Source of the DNA: an uncultured Candidatus Binatia bacterium | GTDB lineage: Bacteria; Desulfobacterota; Binatia; Bin18 | Length of the DNA stretch: 64,000 nt | Direction of reading: 5' to 3' | Assembly: GCA_965203745.1 (NCBI GenBank) | Contig: CBDBDK010000002.1 | Span: forward strand, 390,009-454,008 | Shown: one piece after another, positions 1-9,654 of the stretch | Numbering within the stretch: the stretch's first letter is position 1 | How the letters are laid out: the number at the start of each line of letters is the position of its first letter | Notes under the pieces: model-generated | The model's input: only the letters and a program-made list of their open reading frames with translations | What the model was told of the DNA's origin: nothing | The model's database searches: none | Made by a program: the position numbers and the translations under genes

Positions 1-507
1 TTTGCGGCCAAACACTGTGAGTGGTTGTTCTGCGCCGGAGGCATAGAGAAGATGAAACTGGCGGCCGATACCGTGGTCGACCGCGCGGCGGAGTATGGCC
101 GCCATGTCGATCCCATGGCGGTTGCCTATGTTATTATTGAGGGAACTGACGCCAAGGCGGAAGCCGTCTATAATCGGTTGGTGGAAGAGATTGACGAAGA
201 CGCGACAGACACCTTTGTGGAGCGAGCCACGGCGCAACCGCACTCCTTCGCGCCGGACCGGAAGCGCGATGCAACGAAGCGTATACGGGAACAGGTGGGA
301 GAGGATGCCTACCGTGAGATCGCATTGGGGCTAGCGGGGTATCAGATCTGTGGCAGCCCACAAACGGTGGCCGAGCAGCTCCGCGCCGTCCACGAACAGG
401 CCGGCCAACGCGGGGTCCTGCTAGGTTTTTTCGATCCGATCAAAGGGCTGCATCTGTGTCATGATGAGGTGTTGCCCCTCCTGCGCAAAATGGGCCTCCG
501 TAAGTAG
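1..507 (+). CDS. LLM-class flavin-dependent oxidoreductase, C-terminal part (5' truncated by window)
   Basis: Typical LLM C-terminus ICGSPQTVAEQL...GVLLGFFD...EVLPLLR. Confidence 0.8.
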   Translation, partial: FAAKHCEWLFCAGGIEKMKLAADTVVDRAAEYGRHVDPMAVAYVIIEGTDAKAEAVYNRLVEEIDEDATDTFVERATAQPHSFAPDRKRDATKRIREQVGEDAYREIALGLAGYQICGSPQTVAEQLRAVHEQAGQRGVLLGFFDPIKGLHLCHDEVLPLLRKMGLRK

Positions 508-610
508 GGGCTTCTGGGAAGCGGCGTTTCAGCAGACCGGCTAGAGCAGGGCTGGCACCCAGCGGCCAGGGAGGGGATGGCCGCCCTCCTCAAGGAGGGT
601 CTGCCCAACG

Positions 611-1465
611 TCAGCTCTGCGCTTCCACCAGGGCCGCGTCGTCAAAATTCACCAGACCCAGCCGTCCACCAAAGACGGACGGATGAGGGTGATAGGAGCG
701 ATAGCCCAGGAGGTGCTGTGCCTGTTCGGGCAGTTGGCGGGCGACTTCCAAAGGAACGGCCAGAGAATGGTGCTCCTCCGGGCGTAGCCAGCCAAGAACA
801 AAGCTGACGTGCATCCCGCGCCGCCACCTGTCTGGCGTGCGGTTTGCCCCAGCTCCGTGAATGACTTTTCCCGTATAGAGCAGCACAGAGCCGGCCGTCA
901 TGACCGCCTGGGTCAGTTCTTCGGGGCGAGCCTCGCGCTCCGGGTCCTGCCAGCGATGGCTGCCCGGCACGACGAGCGTGGCGCCGTTCTCTTCGGTGAA
1001 GTCGTTCAGGGCAAACAGCGAGCTGACCGTGAGTTCCGGGCCGGACCAGGGAAAATGGGGCCAGTTGGCCTCATCGCGGTGCAACATCTGGGCTGGTTCG
1101 CCCCCACCAATGATCATGGTCTGAGAGGTATTCAGCCAATACGAGCCGCAATTGGGCAAAAGATAATGATCCGCAAACGCTTTGAGCGTCGGGTGGAGGA
1201 GGACCTCAATAAACGCCCGTGACTTCGCGGCCAGACCGCAAAAACGAATCGTTTTCTGGCCGTGAAAGACTTGCCAGAGTTCTTCGTCGCTACGACTGCC
1301 GGGTGGGTGAGTGGCGATATAGCCGTCGAGTTCGGTGTTGAGCCGTCTTACCAGGTCGGGCGCAAGCAGGTTTTCGATAATCACCCCGCCGTCCCGCTCA
1401 ATCACGGGCAGGTAGGTTTCCGCACTGGCGTCAGGCCCTACAGTCGTGAGTGTGACCTTGCTCAT
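611..1465 (-). CDS. Phytanoyl-CoA dioxygenase (PhyH) family Fe(II)/2OG oxygenase
   Basis: Q-x-LHRD, DFTEENGAT, VPGSH, HGAGAN, WLRPEE motifs. Confidence 0.9.
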   Translation of the reverse strand: MSKVTLTTVGPDASAETYLPVIERDGGVIIENLLAPDLVRRLNTELDGYIATHPPGSRSDEELWQVFHGQKTIRFCGLAAKSRAFIEVLLHPTLKAFADHYLLPNCGSYWLNTSQTMIIGGGEPAQMLHRDEANWPHFPWSGPELTVSSLFALNDFTEENGATLVVPGSHRWQDPEREARPEELTQAVMTAGSVLLYTGKVIHGAGANRTPDRWRRGMHVSFVLGWLRPEEHHSLAVPLEVARQLPEQAQHLLGYRSYHPHPSVFGGRLGLVNFDDAALVEAQS

Positions 1466-1530
1466 ATGCCCTCCTTGGCGATTGCTACCACCGGTATACC
1501 GCTCTTCACCGGTTCTTTCCAGCCGCCGTC

Positions 1531-1995
1531 CTATCTCCGGACCCTGACGACTCTGCCCCCGTTGGCCTGGAGGAGCGCCTGGGGCGAGACCCGGACCAAG
1601 GCGGTTTCCGACCCGCCGCCTGTATACACTTCGTCTTTCTGCATGACCCGAGGATCAATAAGAAAGGTTGCGGCAAACCCGAACGACGGTGTCCCACCGC
1701 ACGGATAGCCCGTTTTGGTCAGCATTTCGTCCGGCGTCATGGTTCTCACCCGCTCGGTCTGGAGTGCCTTGGCAACCCGCGAGGTGCTGGCTCGATCTTC
1801 GCCCTTGACGATGGCCACAGTCACCTGGCCCCGAGTGTCCGTCAGGCAGATATTCTTGACGAAATTTTCCGGACCCGTGCCAACCACTGCGGCCGCTTCG
1901 GCCACCGAGTGACATGACTGCTCGAAGGATAAATGTTCCGCCTCAATACTACCGGCGACAATAAACTGTTTGAGCTTGTCTTCATAGGCGTTCAT
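1531..1995 (-). CDS. YbaK/EbsC family aminoacyl-tRNA deacylase
   Basis: HSVAEAA, FVKNI, TGYPCGGTPSFG, GGGS motifs; start taken at MNAYEDK. Confidence 0.85.
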   Translation of the reverse strand: MNAYEDKLKQFIVAGSIEAEHLSFEQSCHSVAEAAAVVGTGPENFVKNICLTDTRGQVTVAIVKGEDRASTSRVAKALQTERVRTMTPDEMLTKTGYPCGGTPSFGFAATFLIDPRVMQKDEVYTGGGSETALVRVSPQALLQANGGRVVRVRR

Positions 1996-2122
1996 AGCTG
2001 TTGATAGGTATACCACCTTCCGTGCCATTCTCCCATATGAAGGGGAAAAGACCTCGGTCTTCCGCTTGCACCTCGGCTACCCCTCGTGCTAGGTGGCGAG
2101 AAAACACCACGTGAGGTCGGCC

Positions 2123-3049
2123 ATGACAAAGCGAGTGCTGTACGTGAACCCCATTTACCTCGATGCCAATCCCGCCATAGACGCGCTCGCCTACGGGCTG
2201 CAATCGGTCCTGCACGCGGCGGATATTCAGATGCCGGTGCTGTTCGCCGATTTTCGCGAGCCGGGTATGCGAAAAAAGTATGAGGCCGCGATCGAGGAAG
2301 GGATACGTGCCCAGGTCGAAGGTATCGTGATTTATGCTCTCAATCCGACGCTGTTTGGTGAGGCGGTGGCCAAGGCTCGCTCGGCAGGCATTCCCGTTTT
2401 TTCCTTTGTCCGACCGCGTTATGCCGTCAATGCGGCCGTGGTGTATCCGAACTTCAACCACGGCGTGTTCATGGCTGAATACCTCACGTCAGTGCTGCCG
2501 GCGGACAGCGGAGTGGGGGTGGTCGGGGGGCCGGATACGGTGGACGATGCAGAAGAGGTGGCCGGTTTGGTCTACGCGCTGAAACGGAGCCATTGTCGCT
2601 TGCTGAATGACCCCGAGGATAAAGGCTACTGCAACGTTCAAGATGTCTCGGAAGGGGCACGCGAGCCAACTCTCCGCCTGTTGGAAAACGTCCCTCAGCC
2701 CCAGCTCCAGGGGCTCATTCCCTATAATGACGAGACCATGCTGGGCTGCCTGAGCGTGCTTGAAGAAACGGGAAGGCTGGGCGATATCAAGATCGTTTCC
2801 CGGAATGGTTCACCCCAAGCGGTTGAGATGGTCCGGACCGGAAAAACGCTCGGCACCTGGGACCTGGATGCATCGGGCATAGGCACGACGCTAGGGGATT
2901 TGGTTGTCCGTCATCTGGTGGGTGGGGAAGTGCTTGAAGATTATCTGAACATGAGTCCGGTTGGCCGGATGATTACCCTGGACAATATCGAAAGCTGGAA
3001 GCCCTGGTCGGAGCGAGTGGACTGCACGCCACTATCCGTCGGGCTCTAA
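2123..3049 (+). CDS. RbsB/LacI-type (class I) sugar-binding fold protein, no signal peptide
   Basis: VEGIVI..., GIPVFSF, NDETMLG, NGSPQAVE motifs; GAGG RBS before ATG 2123. Confidence 0.75.
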   Translation: MTKRVLYVNPIYLDANPAIDALAYGLQSVLHAADIQMPVLFADFREPGMRKKYEAAIEEGIRAQVEGIVIYALNPTLFGEAVAKARSAGIPVFSFVRPRYAVNAAVVYPNFNHGVFMAEYLTSVLPADSGVGVVGGPDTVDDAEEVAGLVYALKRSHCRLLNDPEDKGYCNVQDVSEGAREPTLRLLENVPQPQLQGLIPYNDETMLGCLSVLEETGRLGDIKIVSRNGSPQAVEMVRTGKTLGTWDLDASGIGTTLGDLVVRHLVGGEVLEDYLNMSPVGRMITLDNIESWKPWSERVDCTPLSVGL

Positions 3050-3062
3050 AGCGGAGGGTGAC

Positions 3063-3980
3063 GTGCGTGTACTCTACGTGAATGTGATGGAATACGGGGC
3101 GCATCCGGGTCTGGATGCCCTTGCCCATGGACTTGACCACCGCTTGCAACAGTCGGGAATTGAGCTGCGAACGCTGACGGTCGATGTGCGCCGACCGGAC
3201 TGGATAGAAGGACAGGACCAGGCGATTCGGCGTGGCATTCAGGCCGGGGTGGACGGGATCGTTGTTTATGTCCTTGACCCCCTCCAGCCCGCCGAGGCGG
3301 TCGAGGCCGCCCGCCAACAGGGGATTCCGGTCTTCTCGTTTGAGCGCCCGCGCTTTCCGGTCGCTGCGTCGTTGGTCTACCCGAATTTTAATCACGGCGT
3401 GTATATGGCCGAGTATCTGGCCTCGCTCCTGCCGGCCGGGGCGAGGCTGGCGATCATCGGCGGTCCGGAAGTCATTGACGACATCGAACTTGTCACTGGC
3501 ATCGTGCACGGCGTCAGACAGAGTGGGTTTACCCTGGTCAACGATCCGTTTGAGGAACGCTATCGGAACCTGCAAGATGTTGCCGCGGGCGGTCGGGAGG
3601 CCGCGCGGCGTCTGCTGGCCGATTTTACCGACCTGGTCGGTCTGATTCCGTTCAACGACGAAACCATGCTGGGAACGCTCGATGCGCTCGAGGCGGCCGG
3701 TCGCTCCGGTGAGATGAAAATGGTCTCACGCAACGGGAGTCCAAAGGCAGTCGAAGCCGTTCGTGCCGGCAGGTCTCACGGAACCTGGGATATTGAAATT
3801 ACCAATATCGGAGCAGCGGTCGGCGGTCTGGTCGCGCGGGTACTAGTCGAGGGCGAAGACTTGCACGGAGAGTCTTTTATCGCCGGTCTGGGGCGGCTCA
3901 TCACACAAGAGAACGCCCATACGTATAAACCCTGGACGGAGCGGGTGCCGCACACGCCGCTGCGGGAGGGGCTGGAGTAG
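3063..3980 (+). CDS. RbsB/LacI-type sugar-binding fold protein, paralogue of preceding gene
   Basis: Shares YPNFNHGVxMAEYL, NDETMLG, SRNGSP, GTWD, KPWxERV with upstream gene; GGAGG RBS. Confidence 0.75.
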   Translation: MRVLYVNVMEYGAHPGLDALAHGLDHRLQQSGIELRTLTVDVRRPDWIEGQDQAIRRGIQAGVDGIVVYVLDPLQPAEAVEAARQQGIPVFSFERPRFPVAASLVYPNFNHGVYMAEYLASLLPAGARLAIIGGPEVIDDIELVTGIVHGVRQSGFTLVNDPFEERYRNLQDVAAGGREAARRLLADFTDLVGLIPFNDETMLGTLDALEAAGRSGEMKMVSRNGSPKAVEAVRAGRSHGTWDIEITNIGAAVGGLVARVLVEGEDLHGESFIAGLGRLITQENAHTYKPWTERVPHTPLREGLE

Positions 3981-4029
3981 GAACGGTGCTACTCCCTCGC
4001 CCGTTGGGGGCGAGGGGCCTATCGGAGGC

Positions 4030-4509
4030 CTACGCCGCCAACGGTGGATTGTCCAATAGGCGCTCAATCGGCTCAACCGAGTTGTCCGGCTGACCTTCAC
4101 TCTCGCGCACGGTGAACTCCAACAAGGCCCGCTCGTGTCGAGTAATATGCTGGGCGATGGCCAGCCCATCGGACGGGGCCGTTTTCTCGTGCTTTTCAAA
4201 GTAACGGATGTACTTCTCAAGCTCGGGTTTCAGCTTATCCATCGCCTCGGACCAAGGCAGTTTGGCGAACCTCTCGCCCCAGGATTTTCCCTCGGCACGT
4301 TTTTCAGGGTCCTCCTCGACCGATTCGCCGAGGGCTTCGAGCGCAGCCCGAATCCGGCCTTTGGTCTCGCGTTCGAGCTGTTCTACAAAACGCCACTTTT
4401 GGCTGTGGACGGGGTCCTGCGCCGCTTCTGCGAGTGCGACTCCAAGGGCTTCTCCCATTACTTCACCCTGAAAACATTCGTGCAGATACGCCACAAATTG
4501 ATCGCTCAT
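4030..4509 (-). CDS. Ferritin-like fold hypothetical protein
   Basis: Helical, with E..E and HE motifs (GEVMGE, LERET, HERAL); AGGAGGAAGG RBS. Confidence 0.55.
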   Translation of the reverse strand: MSDQFVAYLHECFQGEVMGEALGVALAEAAQDPVHSQKWRFVEQLERETKGRIRAALEALGESVEEDPEKRAEGKSWGERFAKLPWSEAMDKLKPELEKYIRYFEKHEKTAPSDGLAIAQHITRHERALLEFTVRESEGQPDNSVEPIERLLDNPPLAA

Positions 4510-4567
4510 GGTCCTTCCTCCTTATCTCTGCCAATTCTGTCCGTGTGACCAACTCTCTCTTATTTGA

Positions 4568-5194
4568 TCATGAAGAAACGAACGCAATCCTGAGTGGCGT
4601 ACATTGTGCCCCATTAGGTTGCTGGCCGTCAATTTCTATATCGTACGGACACGCCGAGACCGCGACCAGGCAATCCATCAGCGCTTTCAGGGCAACATAT
4701 TCGCCCGCCTGGGTTGCCGCGGGACGTGCGTCGATGGTGCCGTCGGAGCGGACCCGCGTATATTGGAACAGGTTGATGGGGTCGGGCACGTCGAGATAGC
4801 CCAGCCCATGCGGCTCCACCGCCTCGGTGAGATTGTCCCGACAGTTGCGATGGTTGAGGGCGCCGGCGGCCGCATAGAGAGCGCTGCTGCACGGAGCAAA
4901 CAGGGCGTCGTGCACGCCGTGGGCCTGATCCTCGACAATCTCGAACATGGGGTGCTGAAGATTGGAATAGAACCTGCTGCCGACCGTGAAATGCAGGGAA
5001 CCGCTCCCGGTCAAGGTGTTGAAATTCACGGTTTCACCGGTAGACAGTTTCTCCGCCAGATGATGCAGGTGAAAGCAGACGAAATCGCAGATCTGCTGGC
5101 CTTCCACATCAACAATGCGAATCGTTTCCCCTTGCCGGACCATGCAGGCCGCACCCTGGGTTGCCGGAACATGGACGTCTCGTTTGTCAGCCAT
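4568..5194 (-). CDS. Urea carboxylase-associated family protein (DUF1989)
   Basis: DVEGQQICD, HDALFAPC, NCRDNL, PDPINLF, AVSACP; start MADKR with GAGGAG RBS. Confidence 0.9.
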   Translation of the reverse strand: MADKRDVHVPATQGAACMVRQGETIRIVDVEGQQICDFVCFHLHHLAEKLSTGETVNFNTLTGSGSLHFTVGSRFYSNLQHPMFEIVEDQAHGVHDALFAPCSSALYAAAGALNHRNCRDNLTEAVEPHGLGYLDVPDPINLFQYTRVRSDGTIDARPAATQAGEYVALKALMDCLVAVSACPYDIEIDGQQPNGAQCTPLRIAFVSS

Positions 5195-5378
5195 GGTGTC
5201 GTTCTCCTCGTCGTGCTCTGCTCGTGAGTCCTCTTTAGCGTCTCGGTGGGAATGGGACAAGCAAATTTTACAAATACCTGCGGGTATCCTGTTTGCATGC
5301 GGCGCCGTTGACCCGAATGTCGCTGGTCGGATAAGGTGTCGAGTACGTCCTTGAGCTTGAACAGGAGAGTGGGAACTC

Positions 5379-6212
5379 ATGAAAGGCTATGCCCATCCCG
5401 AGGTGCTGGTTGACACGCAGTGGGTTGCCGAACATCTGAACGACCCGCAGGTGCGGATCGTTGATGCGCATATTGATCCTGCGCCGTATGAATCCGGTCA
5501 TATCCCCGGTGCGGTTTTTTGGAACGGCTTTGAGACGCTACTCACACCGGACTGGCGCATCAATTTTGACACAGACACAGTAGAACAGTTCTGCGGACGA
5601 TCGGGCATTGACAACGACACCACCGTGATCGCCTATAGCGATCATAGTGCGATTGCGCCGTGGGTGTTCTGGTTTCTCAAGTCCGTCGGTCACGACGATG
5701 TGCGCGTCCTCAATGGCGGACACAAGAAGTGGGTTGCTGACGGCCATGCGCTGACGACCGAGTTGCCGACCGTGACGGCAACGAGCTATACCGCCCGAGA
5801 ACCCGACCCGGACCTGCGGGCTCTACAGGACAGGGTCCGGGCTGCCGTTGGGAACGAGAGCCAAGTCCTGTTGGACGTCCGTACCCCCGAGGAATATCGG
5901 GGTGAATTATTTCTGTTGGAGCCACCCCAAGGCAGCGAGCGGGGTGGCCATATTCCGGGAGCCACCCATCTCTACTATGAGGCCGCTCTCAACGACGATG
6001 AGACGTTCAAGTCCGCGGACGAGCTGGCCGCCCTCTATGCGAACCATGGCGTCACCGCAGACAAGGAAACGATTACGTACTGCGCGGTTGGCATCCGTTC
6101 GGCCCATACCTGGTTTGTGCTGACGCAACTGCTCGGCTATCCGGCCGTCCGCAGTTTCGATGCCTCGTGGAATCTGTGGGGCCGGCTGCCGGATACACCG
6201 GTTGAGGCCTAA
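5379..6212 (+). CDS. Tandem-domain sulfurtransferase (rhodanese, SseA-like)
   Basis: GHIPGA twice, LNGG, DVR, active-site YCAVGIRS, FDASW. Confidence 0.92.
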   Translation: MKGYAHPEVLVDTQWVAEHLNDPQVRIVDAHIDPAPYESGHIPGAVFWNGFETLLTPDWRINFDTDTVEQFCGRSGIDNDTTVIAYSDHSAIAPWVFWFLKSVGHDDVRVLNGGHKKWVADGHALTTELPTVTATSYTAREPDPDLRALQDRVRAAVGNESQVLLDVRTPEEYRGELFLLEPPQGSERGGHIPGATHLYYEAALNDDETFKSADELAALYANHGVTADKETITYCAVGIRSAHTWFVLTQLLGYPAVRSFDASWNLWGRLPDTPVEA

Positions 6213-6230
6213 TCGCTAAAATTGATAGGG

Positions 6231-7919
6231 CTAAAACTGATACGTCATCCGTACAACGGTCTCGTCCCGCTTGCGGTACAGCCCGCCCAGACCCCAGCTC
6301 TCGTCCACCTGACCGCCGAAGCCGGGCACGAAGAAATAATTCTGGGCGAGCCGGAAGATCAGCCGGGGAGTAATATAGTAATCCACCACCCAGCCGAACT
6401 GGGAGCTGTAGCGGTTGATCGGGTCAATGACAAAGAAGGCCACCGGCAGGAGCTTGCCCCGCATATAGGTGGTGCTGGCGGCAATCGTGCCGACGGCTTC
6501 CCAATTGCGGACTTTATCCGTGGCTGAAATCTGGCCCTGAAAACGGGACGTGCTGGTCGGAATATATTGCCAGAAGACCTGCGAGGTCAGGAAAAACGTG
6601 GAGCGGCGGTTGAGGGCGCGAATCCAGGTCGGCCGGTCAAAGCCGATAAACGCCTGCCAGACATCGCTCTTCTTGATCCCGAGAAAACCGCTCTCTATGG
6701 GCCTCTCGCCCTCGTCCAGAATCATAATCGGCTTGCGCTTATCGGCGAAGGGCTTGCCGAACTCGTAAATCGTTTCCATGCGCCACACGCCCTCGGTATA
6801 GTCATCGTCCGCATAGCTGGCGGAGATGCCGACCGCGTGAGTGTAGGGATAGTAGGCTTCAGCCGGCAGAATACCGCGCCCTAGCAGGGCACTATTACTG
6901 CGTGCCACATCCGCTATGGTCTCGCATCCGACCGTGCCGAGTTGGCACTGGTTGAGGCCGCGTAGAGCGGAGGTGTTGACGCCGTCATCGTGAGCCGTGC
7001 GTTGATACAGATAGTTCAGCGTCACGGTTACACCCTGCGGCGTGGTCGCGCCCAGGCGGAAGCCGACCTGGCTGTTCTCGTCGATGCTTTTGCTATAGTT
7101 CCCCCGCCGGCCCAGGACCGTGCGGTTGAGGAGCTTGAAATTTCCTCCGGTCGGACTCCCCCCAAACGGATTCGCACTCGGCGAACTCCAGGGCCGACCC
7201 GGAGAGAATCCAAACTTGAGCGGCACCCACAGCCCCGGGACCCAATAGGACTCGGTATACACATCGCTCAAATCCCCAATCCGCCCAAAACGATAGGTGG
7301 CGCGTATCATCCAGTACGGAATACGCAGATCGTCCCAGGTTTCCTGACCGACGCCACCCCCGTGCCAGGTGGTATCCAGCGCGTTGGTGCGGTCGAGCAT
7401 ACGCAGGTTGTCGGACTCGCCCCACACCACCATTTGACGGCCAATGCGCAAGGACAGGGGTATCTTGGCAAACTCCAGGTCAGTGAAGACTTCGCGAAAT
7501 GTGCTCTCAAAGCGCAGGGCGTGGGCCGCTTTGTGAGAGAGGTCGGATAATTTTCCGTCCCGGCCAGCTCGGCCGCGATAGGGAAACACGTCCTGGCGCG
7601 AGCCCGGCTGAAAATCGTATACGCTGTCGTACACCCCCCGGTACAGGCCGACGAAGTGGGCGTAGTCTATGCCCGGCAGGGAGAAGCGGCTGAACGCCTG
7701 GCCGTTTTTGATCCAGTCATATTCCACGCGCGCGCGTATGACGTTGCGCTGCTGAATGATCGACCATTTGTCCGGTTCCGGATGACGAAAGATCTGCTGC
7801 GTTTGCAGATTGCCGGACAGGGAAAGATCACCATAGGTGAAGTCCGCGTGGGCGAAGGAAAAGGGAAGGGCAAGGAAGAGCAGGCAAAGAGAGACAAAAG
7901 GAGGGAAGGCCCGCGACAT
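6231..7919 (-). CDS. DUF1302-family outer-membrane beta-barrel protein
   Basis: Signal peptide, LRIGRQMVVWGESD motif, C-terminal YQF; adjacent to DUF1329 gene; start could also be 7943. Confidence 0.75.
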   Translation of the reverse strand: MSRAFPPFVSLCLLFLALPFSFAHADFTYGDLSLSGNLQTQQIFRHPEPDKWSIIQQRNVIRARVEYDWIKNGQAFSRFSLPGIDYAHFVGLYRGVYDSVYDFQPGSRQDVFPYRGRAGRDGKLSDLSHKAAHALRFESTFREVFTDLEFAKIPLSLRIGRQMVVWGESDNLRMLDRTNALDTTWHGGGVGQETWDDLRIPYWMIRATYRFGRIGDLSDVYTESYWVPGLWVPLKFGFSPGRPWSSPSANPFGGSPTGGNFKLLNRTVLGRRGNYSKSIDENSQVGFRLGATTPQGVTVTLNYLYQRTAHDDGVNTSALRGLNQCQLGTVGCETIADVARSNSALLGRGILPAEAYYPYTHAVGISASYADDDYTEGVWRMETIYEFGKPFADKRKPIMILDEGERPIESGFLGIKKSDVWQAFIGFDRPTWIRALNRRSTFFLTSQVFWQYIPTSTSRFQGQISATDKVRNWEAVGTIAASTTYMRGKLLPVAFFVIDPINRYSSQFGWVVDYYITPRLIFRLAQNYFFVPGFGGQVDESWGLGGLYRKRDETVVRMTYQF

Positions 7920-7964
7920 AGTCTTTTGGTGTTTTTTATCCATAAGCGAGAGGGAACAACGTTT

Positions 7965-8163
7965 TCCCCTCTTGAGAGGGGTGATGCCCATTCCCAGGAA
8001 CGAGCGCTCGCCAGACGTGGGAGCCGCCGGGCCGGGGAGAACCCACCCCGCCGCTAGCGCGGCACCCCTCCGAGGAGGGGATAAAAAAGCTCCCCTCTTG
8101 GGAGGGGTGGCCCGAAGGGCCGAGGTGGGTTTCTTTTTGCATTACAAGTCCAAGGAGGGGATA
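7965..8163. repeat. REP/REPIN-like palindromic repeat cluster (TCCCCTC..GAGGGG family)
   Basis: TCCCCTCTTGRGAGGGGTG..GGTGGGT and ACCCACCCC..CACCCCTCCGAGGAGGGGA units also at 29403-29508 and 42888-43043. Confidence 0.8.
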
Positions 8164-8225
8164 GAACATCGAGTAGTCGGACATGGGGTATAACGAGGGG
8201 CTGACAAGCGTCTTCGACCTCGGCA

Positions 8226-9473
8226 CTAGCGTCCCCTGGCGACGATCTTATTGAGATTGAAAAAGTCGGCAGGTATGGGCTCATTGTAGATGATTTTGGT
8301 CACCTCCGTGACCGACCCAAATTCGTTCTGATAGTCAATCATGGTCTCACCGGTCCACACCGGCACGCGTACCTGTTCGTTGCCGGGATTGAATTGCGGG
8401 TTTCCGTACAACTCGAACATGGTCTTGATATGCGTCCCGGCGCGGTCATACATGAGCGCATAAACGGGCACAAACATCTGGCGGTCGATATACAGAACGC
8501 GTTTGCCATACGGATGATCATCGGTCTTGGGCACGCCTTCGAGAACCACCATCTCGCGTAACTCCCAGGGATCGACCGGATACCAGCCACCGCGCCCGCC
8601 AAAGGTCGTTTTTACCGCCTGGACACCGACCGGCGCGAGGAGGGTCTGTATGCCCACCAACTTCCACGTATAGCTGCGGATATAACCGGAGAAGCCAAAG
8701 TAGTCGTCGTTCAGCATGCCCGAGTCGAGCGCAGCATCTTCGTGTTTCACAATGATCTTGCGAATCTTGCGTCCAGCCGGGGAATAGACCCAGTCGTCAT
8801 CCTTGGCCTGGTCACGGATATGACGATGCTTCAGACTGATCGTATTTTTCAGATCAAACGGCGCGGTGATGTGGTAATATTCCTTATACAGCAAGCCCTC
8901 TTCCTGCCAGATGTTGGGGTCGGGGCCATCCGTTGGCGGTCGATGCATGCCGAAGGCCACGACATAATAGTTTTCGATCTCCCGATTGACGGCGCCCGAC
9001 TCTTCGATGAGGCGAAACGTATTCCAAACCTGCATGATATTGCCAAAGTCGCGGTGGCGATAATTCCACGCCGCTTTGAGGCCGGCTTGTTCATCGGCCG
9101 GGTCGAGAATGGGGAAGGGCATGCCGGCTACATAGCCGCCGAGTTCGCCGTCGGCGCCAAGTTGCACGTGTTCGGCGTGGTTCTGTGTGGCCGTGATATA
9201 GGCGTCGCTCACCGGCAGGTCGGTTGTTTCTCGGACTTCAAACGCAAACTCACCAGCCTTGATCCTGTCGAGGATTTCGACCGGCAGATAATCCTGGGCT
9301 GCCTGCCACGAATCTGGTCCGATCTTCGTTCCGGGAGCCAGACCCTCCACCGACGGCTTGCCGTTGGCATAGGGATGAAACATCGCCTGTATGGCCGTGG
9401 CGGACATTTCTGCCCAGGCAGACGACGACCAGAGCAGGCTACAGACGCTCAAAGCCCAGAGTAATTTTTGCAT
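8226..9473 (-). CDS. DUF1329-family periplasmic protein (LolA-like)
   Basis: Signal peptide MQKLLW..AWA, GMPFP, DDWVYSP..RKIR, WELRE, HPYGKR. Confidence 0.85.
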   Translation of the reverse strand: MQKLLWALSVCSLLWSSSAWAEMSATAIQAMFHPYANGKPSVEGLAPGTKIGPDSWQAAQDYLPVEILDRIKAGEFAFEVRETTDLPVSDAYITATQNHAEHVQLGADGELGGYVAGMPFPILDPADEQAGLKAAWNYRHRDFGNIMQVWNTFRLIEESGAVNREIENYYVVAFGMHRPPTDGPDPNIWQEEGLLYKEYYHITAPFDLKNTISLKHRHIRDQAKDDDWVYSPAGRKIRKIIVKHEDAALDSGMLNDDYFGFSGYIRSYTWKLVGIQTLLAPVGVQAVKTTFGGRGGWYPVDPWELREMVVLEGVPKTDDHPYGKRVLYIDRQMFVPVYALMYDRAGTHIKTMFELYGNPQFNPGNEQVRVPVWTGETMIDYQNEFGSVTEVTKIIYNEPIPADFFNLNKIVARGR

Positions 9474-9654
9474 ACTTCCCCCTGCTGGCCGGCGGTCTCC
9501 CTGGTCCGTCAAACCGACCGGACCGCCGACCGATAACGCCGCCTTATACCAGTTCGTTTCATCTCCAGCAATGAAGCCAGCGCAGTGGTCCTTCTCCTTG
9601 TGTCCCGAACGTTTGCCTGCTAGGTGTCGGCTCACATGCACTGAGGAGGGACGC

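Noticed and set aside
7965-8163. Repeat cluster as a CRISPR array
   Set aside because: Units are inverted and irregular, with no constant repeat-spacer period and no cas genes.
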